Source: Octopus vulgaris
Lineage: Eukaryota
Reading direction: 5' to 3'
DNA: 64,000 bases
Assembly (NCBI GenBank): GCA_951406725.2
Contig: OX597818.1
Span: forward strand, 68,882,001 to 68,946,000
Part shown: positions 38,051 to 52,504 of the stretch, in pieces
Position numbering within the stretch: position 1 is the stretch's first letter
Layout: the number at the start of each line of letters is the position of its first letter
Translations under genes and position numbers: made by a program
Notes under the pieces: generated by a model
The model's database searches: none
Seen by the model: the letters and a program-made list of their open reading frames with translations, nothing else
What the model was told of the DNA's origin: nothing

Positions 38051-38699
38051 TGTTTATGTGAAATATGAAAGAAAAAAAAACGTAAAACATTACAGACAAA
38101 GAAGACACATTATAAGACAATAAAAATAGATTAAGTGGAACAATTTCTTTGAAATGACAACACGTAAATGATAAAAATAATGAAGAGAAGAGCGATGAAC
38201 TAAGGTTAATAACCCTTTGAACATTAAGTAAAGAGTAAATAGACAAAATTATGCTTCTGCCTGACTTTTATGAGAAATTAAAACGACATAAAAACCGTTA
38301 AGTTCAGAATATAAACAGGAAGCAACAGGCAGACTGTTAGTAAAATTAAAACTTTATTCAGCGCTTAACAGTAATTACCCTCAGGATGTTGGGGTTTCTC
38401 AGCACCAACTATCTCAAAAAATTCTTACTGGTGTATTCGGATGCACTTAAACACAAATTAAGAAATGGCTGATTGAAAAGAGTTACTGAGTGCAGTAAAC
38501 TTTTATATATTTTCTTTATTTATTGTTTATTTTACTATTTTGTTTTATATGCAGATGTGTGTGCCTGTGTATTTAAGTGAGTGTGTATGTGCATGTGTTA
38601 GGATCTTTAAATTTTTTTAATGTCCTCCCATTCATATTTTTAAAGAAGTCATTTTCATTCCATGTTTTGTTTCTGAGATAACTGTGGACATTCTAAGCA

Positions 38700-39530
38700 T
38701 TGATCTCATCTGAATCACCAGACTTTCAAAATTCCCAATGCAGTTCTTCAGATCTCTCATTCTCTTGAACCATTGTACCCATGGGACCCACAACTCTGCT
38801 GCCAAGACCATTTCCCTTGCATGCTTTTCTTAGTGATGTTTCTTTTCAACAAAGTTTGATTTCCTCTTTTTTTCACTTTTGGGTTTTCTACCCATTCGGT
38901 AAATTGTCTTTCCTTTGTTACCTCCTTAGGACATGTTTTACCTTTTACTTCTTGCTAAGACCCTACACTTCTCTTCTTCTATTCCATTACCTTTGCAACA
39001 CACATCAACCTCCTTCTTCCTTCTGCTCTTTTCCACTTGTAACCACTTTACGTCTCACTTCACATCCATCTGTCTGTGTGTTGTGAACTCTGATTCCTTT
39101 GTTTTCCTTTCTATTCCATTCAGCTCAGCCTTTCTCCATTCAAAAATTCTTCCTCTCTACCTTAATAGTGATTCTGTCCACAAGTTGATTGTTCATATGA
39201 TGTTTCATGCAATTAATTTGGACTTTAGTATCATCTTAGTATCATCTTTAGTATCATCTTAGTATCATGGAAATATTCTATACCAGGAGCTTTCTTCATT
39301 TCTATATTTTTGACTTCCCTGCTGCCAAGTATTTCCAGATATTTGGGTTTCTTCTACTTATAATGATTTTATATTCCTACCATTATAGATTCATTCCAGT
39401 GCATTTAATGGGTTTTTCTCACTTCATCTTTATCATGTCATATTTTCCAATTCCAAAAGTCATCCCAATGGCTCCACTAAATATTCTTACAATTTGTACC
39501 AGGGGGTGGAATTGGTTCTTTTCCTTGAAA
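38700..39530 (-). mobile_element. Highly decayed R4-clade RT C-terminal fragment
   Basis: Minus strand LVQIVRIFSGAIGMTFGIGK...KYLEIL...ILKSKL...DVKWLQV..GRRRLMCV resembles R4-clade V.IFS.DIGM.FG..KC / KYLG / ILKSKL / DVDRLY...GGRGL. Confidence 0.6.
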
Positions 39531-39624
39531 ATCCTTTCTTAGCTTTGTTTAGTATAATCCCACAGCTGTATCCTACACCAGTTTTGCATAACCAGCCCCA
39601 GTTCATTCAAAAAAGTACTTTGGA

Positions 39625-40077
39625 TCATAGGGTGATATGCTTGAGGAGACCTATTCAGTCAAGTACATCAACATCATACTGAAAATCAAATCAAAATTGT
39701 AGTTGTGATCCCCAGGCACCATCCGAACATGGCTGATGCCATTGCCACCTTGACTGGCTTCCATGCCAGTGGCATGTAAAAAGCACCATGTAATTGTGGT
39801 CGCTGCCAGCTTCCTATGGCCTCTGTGCCAGTGGCATGTAAAAAACACCAACTGATTGTGGTCATTGCCAGCCTCCTCTGGCCTCTGTGCTGGTGGCACA
39901 TAAAAAGCACCCACTACACACCCAGAGTGGTTGGCATTAGGAAGGGCATTCAGCTGTCAAAACACTGGCAGATCAGACTGGAGCCTGATGCAGCTTCCTG
40001 GCTTCCCAAACCCCAGTTGAACCATCCAACCCATGATAGCATGGAAAACAGACGTTAATGATGATGATGATGATGAT
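39625..40077 (+). mobile_element. Family B RTE-like 3' end, three hairpin repeats
   Basis: gcttgaggagacctattcagtcaagtac...three gtggca(t/c)rtaaaaa units...(GAT)n. Confidence 0.8.
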
Positions 40078-40237
40078 AACGAAGGGAGCAGTGTGATTGC
40101 AAACATGATGAGAGAAAGGCCATCCCCTAGAAGTACGGATCTCTATGTATATCTCTTTAATCTTTTGCCTCCTCACTGTAAAGATGCGTTGCATTTTCTA
40201 GCAAACACTTAACAATTATCATTTTTATTCTGTTGTT

Positions 40238-40455
40238 AAGGCAGCTATTTGGCAGAATTATTAGCGCACAGGGGCAAAATACCCAACAGAATTTCATCTG
40301 TCCTTATGTTCTGAGTTCAAATTCCACTGAGGTCATCTTTGCCCTCTGTTCCTTCAGAGATCAATAGAATAGATACCAGCTGAGCACAGTGGGTCAATGA
40401 AATTGATTTACCCACTCCTCCAAAATTGCTGGCTTTGTGCCAAAATATGAAACAA
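40238..40455 (+). mobile_element. Family C SINE (degenerate)
   Basis: aaggcagctatttggcagaa...ctgagttcaaattccactgagg...gtgccaaaatatgaaac. Confidence 0.72.
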
Positions 40456-40892
40456 TTATTATTGTTGTTGTTGCTGTTATTTCTGTTGTGTGAGTCTTCT
40501 TCAATCAAACAGATTCGAAGACATTGGTGTTCTATATTCTTGTCTTATTTCCATTTTTCAAAGTGAAACCACTTTTTACAGCTCTGTTACTACTTTGCAG
40601 ACACATTGTAAAAAAAAAAGGCTGATACATTTTAAGCGTTCATTTGCTTCTATATTTTTGGCTTTTTATTATTTGATTTAGGTAAAAAATCAAGCAAGAT
40701 TCTGAAATAACCAGAAGCAGTTCCTTGCTTGCTTCCAAGTGCATGTAAAATACAATATATGAAAAGACTACCTGTAGGAATGTGTGTTTCTGTATGTGTG
40801 TGTGTGTGTAAAGATATATAAATATACATATAAGTATATAGGTATGTAAATAGAGCTACACATAAGTATACATATATGTGTGTGTATGTATG

Positions 40893-40927
<35 letters not shown>

Positions 40928-41521
40928 TTATATATGTATATGCGTGTGTGTATGTATGTATATATGTACATATATGTGTGTGCGTTTGCATGTGTGTATT
41001 TAGTGCTGAAAGTATATTGCCAATTAAATATTAGTACGTACAAGTCTTTGGGCATTATAGAACCTAGAAAATGGTTGACAGGTGAATGGTTGTTCAATAA
41101 ATCACAACAGACATTTTACTTTCCACTCCATCCATGATGTTTGCCATATTTTGTAGTCTGGAAGATGCTGTAACATGGAAGACACACCCTGATTTTGGAA
41201 ATATCTCTCATAATTTCTCATTTCTTCACAGATTGTTGAGGCTGTCACACTGTGCCTGTTTCTGAACAAACAGCACAGCCACAACGGTAGTCTAACTGTA
41301 GCAGAGGTTTTAAAACAACAATTCATTTTCTGTGTAACTAATAGTATCCATACCAACAATATTATTTACATTAAATGTTCTTTGGTATAGAAAATACTTG
41401 CCATAGCCAAGTAATGAAATAACAGATATATATGGGGAGGATTTCAGTTAACCCTAAGAAAACCGCATCAACAGCTTCTTAACTAGATGCATGGTAACTT
41501 TCAAGATATTTTATTTTTATT

Positions 41522-41902
41522 AGCTGTGTGGTAAGTAGCTTGCTTACCAACCACATGGTTCCAGGTTCAGTCACACTGTGTGGCACCATGGGCTAGTGTC
41601 TTCTACTACAGCCTCGAGCTGACCAAAGCCTTGATAGTCGATTTGGTTGAAGGAAACTGAAAGAAGTCCATTGTATATATATGTGTGTGTGTGTGTGAGT
41701 GTTTGTATGTCTGTCTTTGTCCCACCCCACCATCACTTGACAACTGATGCTGGTGTATTTATGTCCCTGTAACTTAACGGTTCATCAAAAGAGACCAATA
41801 GAATAAGTACTAGGCTTACAAAGAATAAGTCCTGGGGTCGATTTGTTTGACTAAAGGTGGTGCTCCAGCATGGCCACAGTCAAATGACTGAAACAAATAA
41901 AA
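41522..41902 (+). mobile_element. Family A SINE
   Basis: gctgtgtggtaagtagcttgc...ggtgctccagcatggccacagtcaaatgactgaaac. Confidence 0.88.
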
Positions 41903-42150
41903 TACAGCAATTCATTTTAGTTTGCTTATTCTCAGTTTGGATGTCTTAGAATTTCTAAAATATCGTTTTGCAACATTCCTTATTTACCAAATCCAGCACA
42001 TCAGGTGAACCTAATAGACATATAACTCTTTGACACCTATTCTTAATCATCCTTGGCACTTCCAATATTTTGTTCTTACAACAAGAAAATGATGAAAGTA
42101 GACTCCAAGGATTTCCAATGTTGGAACAACATTGCTGCACATAAGAAATG

Positions 42151-42190
<40 letters not shown>

Positions 42191-42224
42191 CAACAACAAC
42201 AACAACAACAACAATAATAATAAT

Positions 42225-42660
42225 AGTAAAACATGTGAAGGAAAATGTAGAAGCTATACCTGGACACTCAACACTACACACTATCCAAAAAAGTAGCCCT
42301 GCTAGTCCCAGGCCACATCCTATGTGAGACACTATCAATTCAAAAATACAACCCAAACAAAATAATCCACAAATACAGGACACACTCTCTATAGTAAATA
42401 TCCAATGAAATAAACAACCACCAGCAAGCTAATTACCCAACAGAAAAGCCCAATTCGCATTACACATAGAACACACAATACAAACACTAATACATTGAAA
42501 GACTACACCAGACCCCCATATTGAGAGAATCTGATGTCATACAACACAAGGAAGAGATTGCACTCCCCACCTCCAACAACAGAAAAGAACTGACAATGCT
42601 GCACACATCTTTGCGTCGTAGGTGACGCAGAAGAAATTTGTTTGGAACTACCAAATGTTG
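42225..42660 (+). mobile_element. Very short 3' end of an R4/Dong-like element between TAA repeats
   Basis: KENVEAIPGHSTLHTIQK..L..GHILCETLSI resembles the R4 C-terminus (IPG..L..IQK..L.GT.HILR..LS); (AAT)n on both sides. Confidence 0.65.
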
Positions 42661-43824
42661 AATAATAATAATAATAAAAATAATAATCATCATAAGAATA
42701 GTAACATTCGGAAGCTGTTATCAGATTCTTGACATTGGAATAATTTATATCTGTGGAGAAGAGTTTAAATATTTATATTCTTGTGTTCTTTGAATGGTTT
42801 CAGTTTATGGCCATACTAGAGCACTGCCTTAACGAGCTTATTCAGTAAAATCTACCCCAGTGCTATATCAAGTCTGGCACTTATTTCATCAGCCTCTTTT
42901 AAACAAACTGGACGTAAACAAACCAACACTGGTTATTAAGCAAAGTTGCACACACGCACATGCATACACACACACATGCACTTGTAAATACACATGCACA
43001 TACACACACTCATACACACATGCTCACACCTATATATGCTTACACACTGATATACACACACTCACACACACACACATGCTCACACATACATATACTCACA
43101 AACTGACACACACACACTCACATACACACACACGCACTCATACATATGCTCATGCACTGACACACACACACATGCTTACACATACATATGCTCACACACT
43201 GACACACACACACACTCACATACACACACTCACACACACACATGCTCATATATATGCTCATGCACTGACACACACACACACACTCACACATACATATCCT
43301 CACACACAGACATGCACACACACACACACTCACAGACACACACAAACACACACACACTTACACGCACACACAGCTTCCATCAGCTACCAAATTCACTCCC
43401 AAAGCATCGACTTTTGTCACCTTGAACCTATCATGGAAGTCCAAGCTGGGCTCTGCAGATGGAATATGGACTTAGTTGTGAAGAATATGATTTGAAATTT
43501 GGTTAAGGAAAAATGTGATAAGATTTCTTTGAGGAGGAGAAAATAATTAAAAAAACAAACAAGAACAATATTATTCTAGGTAATGGAACATAGATAAGGG
43601 AATTCTACCAAACACAGACTTAGAAATACTAATGAATTAATGATACAAATGAAAGATAAGTTGAGGAAGAAATATTAAAGATGCATTTGTGTAAATACTT
43701 AAAGCAAAGATAATGAATTTAACTTTCGAAAGAGCAATATTATACTTGTGCACAAAGTTTGGTAGAGTTAAAAATTCTTAACTGGTTGCTAAATCTTTTG
43801 GTAAGAACTGACACTCAGTGATTC

Positions 43825-44015
43825 TGTTGTTGCTGGTGCCATGTAAAAAGCATCCAGTGCACTTTATAAAGGGTTTGTCATGAGGAAGGGTAACCTGTTG
43901 TAGAAATCATGCCATGACAAACAACGGAACCGGGTGCGACCTTGCCAGCTCCCATCAAATTGTTCAACCCATTCCAGCATGGAAAGCAGATGTTAAATGA
44001 TGATGATGATGAGGA
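43825..44015 (+). mobile_element. Family B 3' fragment (degenerate)
   Basis: gctggtgccatgtaaaaagc...cccattccagcatggaaagcagatgttaaatgatgat. Confidence 0.7.
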
Positions 44016-44635
44016 TTTCTAATTTAGATAGGGAGTCAGCAAATTGAGATGAAGAGGGTTAATTAATATCATCAAGTATTTGACTGGTACTATATCTTAT
44101 AGACCCTGACAGGATAAAAATAAAGATTGATCTTGGTAGGATTTGAACTCAGAACGAAAAGTGTTAAAATAGATGCTACTAAGTCTTTTATCAAACCAGT
44201 AATAAACTGGCCAACTTAAAGAGAGCAAGCTTCAGAAACGCTTTTTTAATTTCCCATCACAAAAATCTGTCATGTAAACATTATAATTACACTTAAATAC
44301 AAGAAGGTACTGGACTTGAAAATTACTTATAAAATGTCTGCTGTAAAAGCACAAAAATAAGCGATGAATTATGAAGAGAAATTAAAGCAAATAACTACAA
44401 AATATAACCAAAAGAGAAAACTGTTGTCTTTCTTCTTTTACAGGCACAAGTATGGTGTGTAAAGAAGTTTGCTTCACAGCCCCATGGCTTCAGGTTAGTC
44501 CTCACTCTGTGGTAACTCAGGAAAATGTCTTCCGTGAATAATGTTGGAGCGACCAATGCCATGTTAAGGAATTTGGGAGGTGGAAACTGCAAGAAACCCA
44601 TGGTGTGTATGTTTGTGTGTATGAGAGAGAGAGAG

Positions 44636-44694
<59 letters not shown>

Positions 44695-45714
44695 TGTATG
44701 GAATGAGATGGGATAAACTTCCATGAGAAAATATTTGAAAGAATGACAGTGTCCATATTCTGTGACACCAATTTAGGCAGACCAAAAGCTTATGATAAAT
44801 CGATCCGATATATTCTGGAAACCCATCAGGGAAAGAAATATTTCCTAATCAATGTATCAATTCCCACAAATGACAATTTATTTCCAAAAGAAATGTAGAA
44901 ATTAGTTCATATCTTTTGTCAAAAGAATAGAATGGAGAAATTCATGTGTGTCACTTTCTTTTACCATGAATTCACATTTATATCCATCCTCATATGGCTT
45001 ACGCCTCACCACTATTCTCTTATTCTAAATTACCAGGATTTTGTCCTAAACTTTGCCCCTTCACACTACCGTGTCTCTTCCCTATTTACTTCCTCCCTCA
45101 TTGCACACCCCACACACTACTCATACACTCTTTAACGGGCTTTCTCCCCCCCCCCACTCCACACATCAACTCTGACACATTACTCTTTTACTTTATTGTA
45201 TTTCTCATTCACAATGTTGTTCTGAAAGGGGTCTCAGGGAGTAGCATCCTAGCCTTCCTGAGCAAGTTTTCCATTGCATTGCTTAAAAATCATGGTAGAG
45301 ACCTTGGTCGTGGGACCAGTCATGTCTAGAAACTGAGGTTGAGGGTAAGCAAGGGCACACTCCCCATAGAAAATCCAGCTCCAAAAATGCCTCATGACAG
45401 CAAGGGAGATTGGGCACCAGCCAGCCCAAAGGTTTGGGTGGGCTGTACCTGCCTACCTCAGTTGCTATGGCATTGAGGTAGATCCAGCCACCCCTATTAA
45501 TGGGGACAACACCCAGATCTAAAACAACTGGATGATGATGATAAATATTGCCACCCAAGCAGTAAAACCTTTATATATTTCATATTTTCTTGTCTTCTCC
45601 AGAGGTGGGTTACAACACAAAGCATCAAGTTCTTACATTTCTGACAACAAGTTAACTCACTAAACTCTTCCACAGACTTTCCTGTTGACAAAGTTTTCTG
45701 TATTTTACATCATG

Positions 45715-45940
45715 ATCATCATGATCATCATCGTTTAACATCTGCTTTCCATGCTAGCATGGGTTGGACGATTTTGACTGAGGACTGGCGAACCAGATGG
45801 CTGCGCCAGGCTCTAACCTGATCTGGCAGAGTTTCTACAGCTGGATGTCCTTCCTAATGCCAACCACTCCGAGAGTGTAGTGGGTGCTTTTAAAGTGCCA
45901 CCAGCACAGGGGCCAGTCAGGCAGTACTGGCAACGACAGG
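45715..45940 (-). mobile_element. Family B 3' fragment
   Basis: ccatgctagcatgggttggacg...tctacagctggatgtccttcctaatgccaaccactccgagagtgtagtgggtgc. Confidence 0.82.
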
Positions 45941-46879
45941 TAAAAGATGGTTAAGAATTACTTGTTTACACAGCCATTTTGTCTTTGCTGAGATTAATGA
46001 GGCAGTGATCTGATGGAGTTCTTTAAGTGTTGGATAACTGGTGCTCCATCAGTTACGACGACAAAGGTTCCAGCTGATCCGATTAATGGAATAGCCAATA
46101 GAAAGATCAGAAAACAGAGAAAACCAGAATATTGTGATTGGAAACAGAATCAATCCCAATAACAAAAGGCATCTTCTGATGATACAAAAATGCATACAAA
46201 TACAAAATCAAATCACCAGGTTTTGCACACACACACCCACGTGTGTGTGTGTGTGTGTGTGTGTACCACATTAGAAATTAACTTTTCTAGCAGCACACAT
46301 ATATTATACATAAAGTATTATCAATGCAACAGAAAACATGAAACCAAAGCCAAACGCTGCACGTACTCAAGGCACACAGCTGCCTTTGCTTGGGCAGGAC
46401 AGTAAATGCACGCAGTAAAAGTAAGACTGCTGAAAAAAAAAATAATAATAATAAAATGATTGCATAAATAGATGTAAAGTGTTGGTGGGTTATTTGGCTG
46501 TAAACTATGCCAACCTTATCGAATACACACAGAGATTAAAGAGTGCAAACAGACAGATATGGCAATTCACAGAAATAAGTTGTTTAAGGAAATCGTGTTG
46601 ATATCATTATCAAAGATCTCAAAGAAAAAGAAAATATATATATATATAAATGAGAAATAGATTCCTCCTAATTGACATCGCAATTCAAGAAGCGAATTAT
46701 TTATCTGTGAAAGAAATGGAGAAACAATTCAATTATTGAGAACTGGAGATATCCAAAATATTGAAAGTGTGTTGGTTGAAAATACAAACACTCTCCTTCG
46801 TAATGTGTTATGAATTGATAACAAAACTGGGCACACAGACACACAGACAGACAAACCCCCAACAATTTGTATGAATAAA

Positions 46880-47282
46880 GGTACAGGTTTGGCTGTGGGG
46901 GAAGAAGCTTGCTTCCCAACCACATGACTGCAGGTTCAATCCTGCTGTGTAGCAGCTCAGGCAAAGTGTCTTCTACTCTAGCCTCAGGCTGACCAAAGCC
47001 TTGTGAGTGGATATGGGAGATGGAAACCGTCATATGTTTAAGTGTGTGTGTGTGTGTGTGTCATCATGTTTGTGTTTGTCCCCCACCCCCACCACCTGAC
47101 AGTTGTTCTTTTGTTTACATCCCAATAACTTAACCATTTGGTAAATGAGATTGATGCAATAAGTATTGAACTTCGAAAATGAAATAAAATAAGTCCTGGG
47201 GTCAATTTATTTGCCTAGATCATTCAAGTTGGTGCCCCAGCATGGTCAGAGTCCAATGAGTGACACAAATAACAGATAAAAG
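46880..47282 (+). mobile_element. Family A SINE (diverged)
   Basis: ggctgtggg..gaagcttgcttcccaaccacatg...ggtgccccagcatggtcagagtc. Confidence 0.8.
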
Positions 47283-47287
47283 GTAAA

Positions 47288-47817
47288 AGATCCCAAGAGA
47301 ACCATGTCTCAGAGATATCCAAAAGATTGTGCTGACAGGTACTGCCCATATCCTTAGAAAAAATCCTATCCATTTAAATGTCTGTGTTGTATTACATGAA
47401 GATATTTCGCTACTGCCCTCTACCACGTACCTTCCCCAAGCTTTCAGTCATATAGTAACATCTCTTCATTATTTACATTATTTACATTTGATGGATATTT
47501 GTCCTCATCTTGTTTGTCGTTAACACAACATTTCAGCTGATATACCCTCCAGCCTTCAGCAGGTGTCTTGGGGAAATCTCAAACCTGGGTTCTCATTCCT
47601 AACGCATTTTCCGATGTTATTATATAAGGCTGGAGGGAATATCAGCCGAAACGTTGTGTTAACAACAAACAAGATGAGGACAAATATCCGTCAAATGTAA
47701 ATAATGTAAATAATTCCTCATCTCTTAAATAGAGAACTGTAGCAACATCTCTTATCCTTCACTTGCCCTAGGATACTGGGTGTGTCTCACAAGTAATTGT
47801 AAAAAAACATGCAGATC
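47288..47817 (+). mobile_element. R4/Dong-like 3' end (same subfamily as 36110-37135), interrupted by an insertion
   Basis: CLRDIQKIVLTGTAHILRK plus a UTR that is the reverse complement of 36118-36355. Confidence 0.82.
47467..47739. mobile_element. Putative Penelope-like insertion with inverted termini and 14 bp TSD (family J)
   Basis: 47468-47556 is the reverse complement of 47626-47714; flanked by TAG(T/C)AACATCTCTT at 47453-47466 and 47740-47753; both arms carry hammerhead elements. Confidence 0.75.
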
Positions 47818-48339
47818 ACCAGATAACTCACAAGACCTTCAGAAACATAGGGTATTGTGGGGTGGGGCTTTGTGGCAAGTATTGAGGGGTTAAATATATG
47901 ACAGGGGGGGGGGGAGTAACAGGGGTTTCACTGCAGAGGAGATCCATGGCTACTTTTCTTTTGATGGGAAGATAATTTGAATAAATCAACTAGATGTTTA
48001 GTAAATATTTAAATACGTACTAATTCATTGTACTGCACACACGTGTGTGTGTGTGTATCCCACTGCATGGCACCTTGGAAGAAATGAAGCCATTTTATAC
48101 ATATAATATATATATATGAATATGTATATGTGAGTGTTTGTGACATCTTTGTGTGTTTGTGCCATGGTGAAAATATAGCCAGGAAAAGGGGAAATACTAC
48201 CTTACTAGAAAACAAATATGGATGGGCGTCCATGTGTGGAAAATCTGCCTCGACAAATTCTCACTGACTTTATACAATCAGGGAAAAGTTAATGCTGAAA
48301 TGTTGAAGATGACATATTTAAGTTATGATAATGTAGATA

Positions 48340-48717
<378 letters not shown>

Positions 48718-49642
48718 AATGTCGATAGATAAAGACTGATAACACAAAAGGAAAGAGAGAGAGAGGGGGAACCAGACACATAGAGAGGAAGTGAGAGACA
48801 GGTGAACAGATTCAAATTGTTAGATATCAGGAAGATATTTCTTATGTGATGGCATTAAATTGGTGTGCATAGAATATTGCCTCGTCTTGTGAATGTGTGA
48901 GAATGTGTGCATTATATTATATATATATTAGCATAGGCATTTATACAATGAGTGAGAGATGTGTTTACATGTGAGAATGTGAGGAAGGAAGGAAAGAAAG
49001 AAAAGAAAAGGTGTAAGATCATGGCATATTTTGCTCATCTTCACACATGGCATTTATAATGTCTAAGCCACACTCAGTGAATAAATAAAGTGATATAGAG
49101 GCTGTCATACGTTCTTTAGGAAATGTCTTCCAATTTGTGAAAAAGATGATGAAAAAAAGCAGAGATGATATTAAATTCTATGCCAATCTATGGAATTTTT
49201 AAAAAATAAAAAAGAAGATACAAACAAAAAATTTACAAACAAAACTAGAAGGTAGAAGACTTAAATGTGTTCCTATTTCTTGGCACAAGTTTGCCATTCA
49301 TTGGACATACTTGAGAATAGCAATTAATGAATTTCATAATAGTGCCAAAATAATGACAACTTTATAATATTTACCAATATTTCGTTGCCAACTTATAGTC
49401 TTTATTGCCTTGTAGATTTAATATTGGAAGATATGAGGAACGGTAAATGGTAAATAGATGGGACTTTCCAATAGAACAGACAAGGACTTGTAGCATATTT
49501 ATTAAAGAAAATCTGCTCGGATCTATGAAGACTTTTCAAAAATGCCATTTGGAGCATCTGATTTAGGTTTTGAAAATTTACTTAATATTTTGAAGAATTT
49601 TTAATTTAGATATCATGAAAATTAATCAAAACTCATTTATTA

Positions 49643-49704
<62 letters not shown>

Positions 49705-49869
49705 GCTCTTATTCATCTTGTCTTTCTCTTTTTCTATGAATACATACACATGTGTGTACACAAACACATAAACACACACATTCACACATATATATAAATA
49801 TAAATATAATTGTATATATGTATATATACATATAAATAGGTGTGTGTGTACATATATATATATATATAT

Positions 49870-49915
<46 letters not shown>

Positions 49916-51141
49916 ATATGCATATATATATTTATATATTTATTTATAATAGAACTGAAGGATAAAATCATGTTAATGATATTTATCAGGTAGTCAGCAT
50001 AAAATATGAATTTATAGGTAATGTATATATTAAATTTATAATTGTGTGTGTGTGTATATATATATATATGTGATTATATTAAGGGAGTGAGGCGAAACGA
50101 CCTATCTCCTAAATGCTTGGAATAAATGCTGAGGCACTAAGAAACTACTGAAAACCTCCAAAAAGACACAGGTTGTTGTCAGACAAGTGAAAAAATAATA
50201 AAAAATACTTCACATTATTTGAGATTTGGGTCCGATTTCTGGATTAAAGCCATAAGAAAGGCTTTCTTCCTCCATCAATAAAATACATGAAAAATATACA
50301 TACAAATAATTATGCATACCTGTACAAAGCAGATTGGCACGTCTACATACAAATATTTGCATGTATCGATCAAAGATAAGTCAAATTTATACGATTTCCC
50401 GACAACCACGTGTATATCATTCAACTACGATAGTAGTGCAATAATATTCTTAAGGCCGCAATTTACTCACTTGCAGCATCTTTCAGAACTTGTCACTAAT
50501 TCAGTTCTTAACCAAATTAATAACTGTTAACATTTTTGAAGTGGACTACATTTTGGCACAAAAATATTGGGATTTAGTCCAATAGTAAAACAGATTACAT
50601 CAAAATTTGTAGCAACATTACAGGAGAGTAAATAACACCTCCAATCAAGTTTAGAACTAAATAACTTTTTTATTTTTAAAAGCAAGATATATTTATCTTA
50701 GCTTCAATGATAGAAGAAAACAGGAAGAATTTCATAGTTTTGGTCCCATGCAAAAAAATTTGTATAAAAAAAGTTGAGGTAAAATATCAGGGAAAAAATA
50801 TAAGTAAGGCAAAACAATGGATTTTAGTACAATTAATTTTTTATTTTAAAAACAAACTATATTTCAATTATGCTTAAATAATTGAACTCAATTCAAGGAA
50901 TTTTATGGAATCAATCTAATGCAATGAAGTTTTGAAAGAAAAATCTTATGAGTGTTTGATTTTCATATTTGAGAGTGATAATATAATTCTATACTTTTTT
51001 ATGAATATAGTCCTATTAAGGGATTTTAATATATGTCACTGGCATCTTTCGAATAAGGAAAAAATTATCTGTGACTCTGCTAATTGTCACATTTGACACA
51101 TTATTAATTAGCATAATTAGCATAGCCTGGAAAAAACATGG

Positions 51142-51936
51142 ATTACATGGAAAATGTGAGCAAGAGAAATAATATTCTTAAGATTATAAAACTGGAAAAG
51201 TAGAGGACAAGTTATTACAATTGGAAAAGTTCAGGACAAGAAAATTTTTACTTAAAATATTACAGCTAAGGATAATTAAAAAAGGTACCACCATTTTGTT
51301 AAAACATTGACATGCTAGAATACTTAAAAAACGAGAACCAGAAGTACCAATATAGCTAAAGTTTTATGCAAAGTAGAAGAGCATATAGTAGGCAAATTCA
51401 TTATGTATTAAATAGACATTAGATCAAGACAAAAAATGTGAAGATTTGGCAATGACTTAGGCAATAAGTCAAGGAAATTTTACAGTGAATTTGTTGTCAT
51501 AGGTAGATTTTACTGTAATATATAACTAATTTTTGTATTATTCTATTTATTGTACTAATTATGTACTACTATTATTTTTTATAACCTATTTTCATATTAC
51601 TAATTATCCATTAATAATTAAAAACAAGAATTTGTTTTAAAACAGCAAAAAGTATTTCGAGTTATTTAAAATTTTTAACACAAGTAACAAGGTAATTGCA
51701 AATAGAAGTTATAAAATTTTTAGTTTTAATAAAAACTAATATTTTCTAAATCTAAATATTTTATTTGAAATTTTATCCTGAGCTGCAATGTTTTAAGTAA
51801 AAATTTTCGTGTTCTGTTCTTTACCAGTTGTAATAAGTTGTCCTGAACTGTTTCAAGTGTAATAAAGTCTCCTGTGCTATTCCAGGTTTATAATCTTAAG
51901 AATATTATTTCTCTTGCTTGCATTTTTCTATGTAAT
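51142..51936. repeat. 130-160 bp inverted repeats enclosing ~500 bp of AT-rich DNA (candidate MITE/foldback)
   Basis: gcaagagaaataatattcttaagattataaa / tttataatcttaagaatattatttctcttgc, and aaaatttttacttaaaa / ttttaagtaaaaatttt. Confidence 0.82.
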
Positions 51937-52206
51937 TAACAAAACAGCATCGCAGAAAATGTGATTTTCATCAGGAGTGAAAATATTATATTATTTAATT
52001 TATTTATTTATAATAGAACAGAAGGATAAAATCATGTTAATGATTTTTATCAGGTAATTAGCGTGAAATAGAAATTCATAAGCAATTTATATATTAAATT
52101 AATAATTATATACAGACACACACACACACATATACACACAAAGAGATATATATACACACATATATATACACACAATTATTAATTTGATATATGTATTTAT
52201 ATATAT

Positions 52207-52455
52207 GTGGAGGCACGTGGCTTAGTGGTTAGGGTGTCAGCACCCTGATCGTAAGATTGTGCTTTCGATTCCTGGACCTGGTGACGTGTTGTGTTCTTGA
52301 GCAAAACACTTCATTTCATGCTGCTCCAGTCCACTCAGCTGGCAAAAATGAGTAATCCTGTGATGGACTGGCATCCCATCCAGGTGGGGAACACATACGC
52401 CACTGAAGCCAGGAAACCAGGCCCATGAACCTGGCTAGGCTTCAAAATGGTGCAT
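52207..52455 (+). mobile_element. Family D SINE, tail type 2
   Basis: GTGGAGGCACGTGGCTTAGTGG...TTTCGATTCC...gtgttgtgttcttgagcaaaacacttcatttc...cctgtgatggactggcatcccatccagg. Confidence 0.85.
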
Positions 52456-52504
52456 GTATTTTTTTTATTATTTGTATATATAAATATATATACATATATT
52501 CATT

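Noticed and set aside
50228-50282. Minus-strand hairpin followed by GAAA resembling a hammerhead
   Set aside because: The core reads TTGATGG, and helices I and III cannot be formed.
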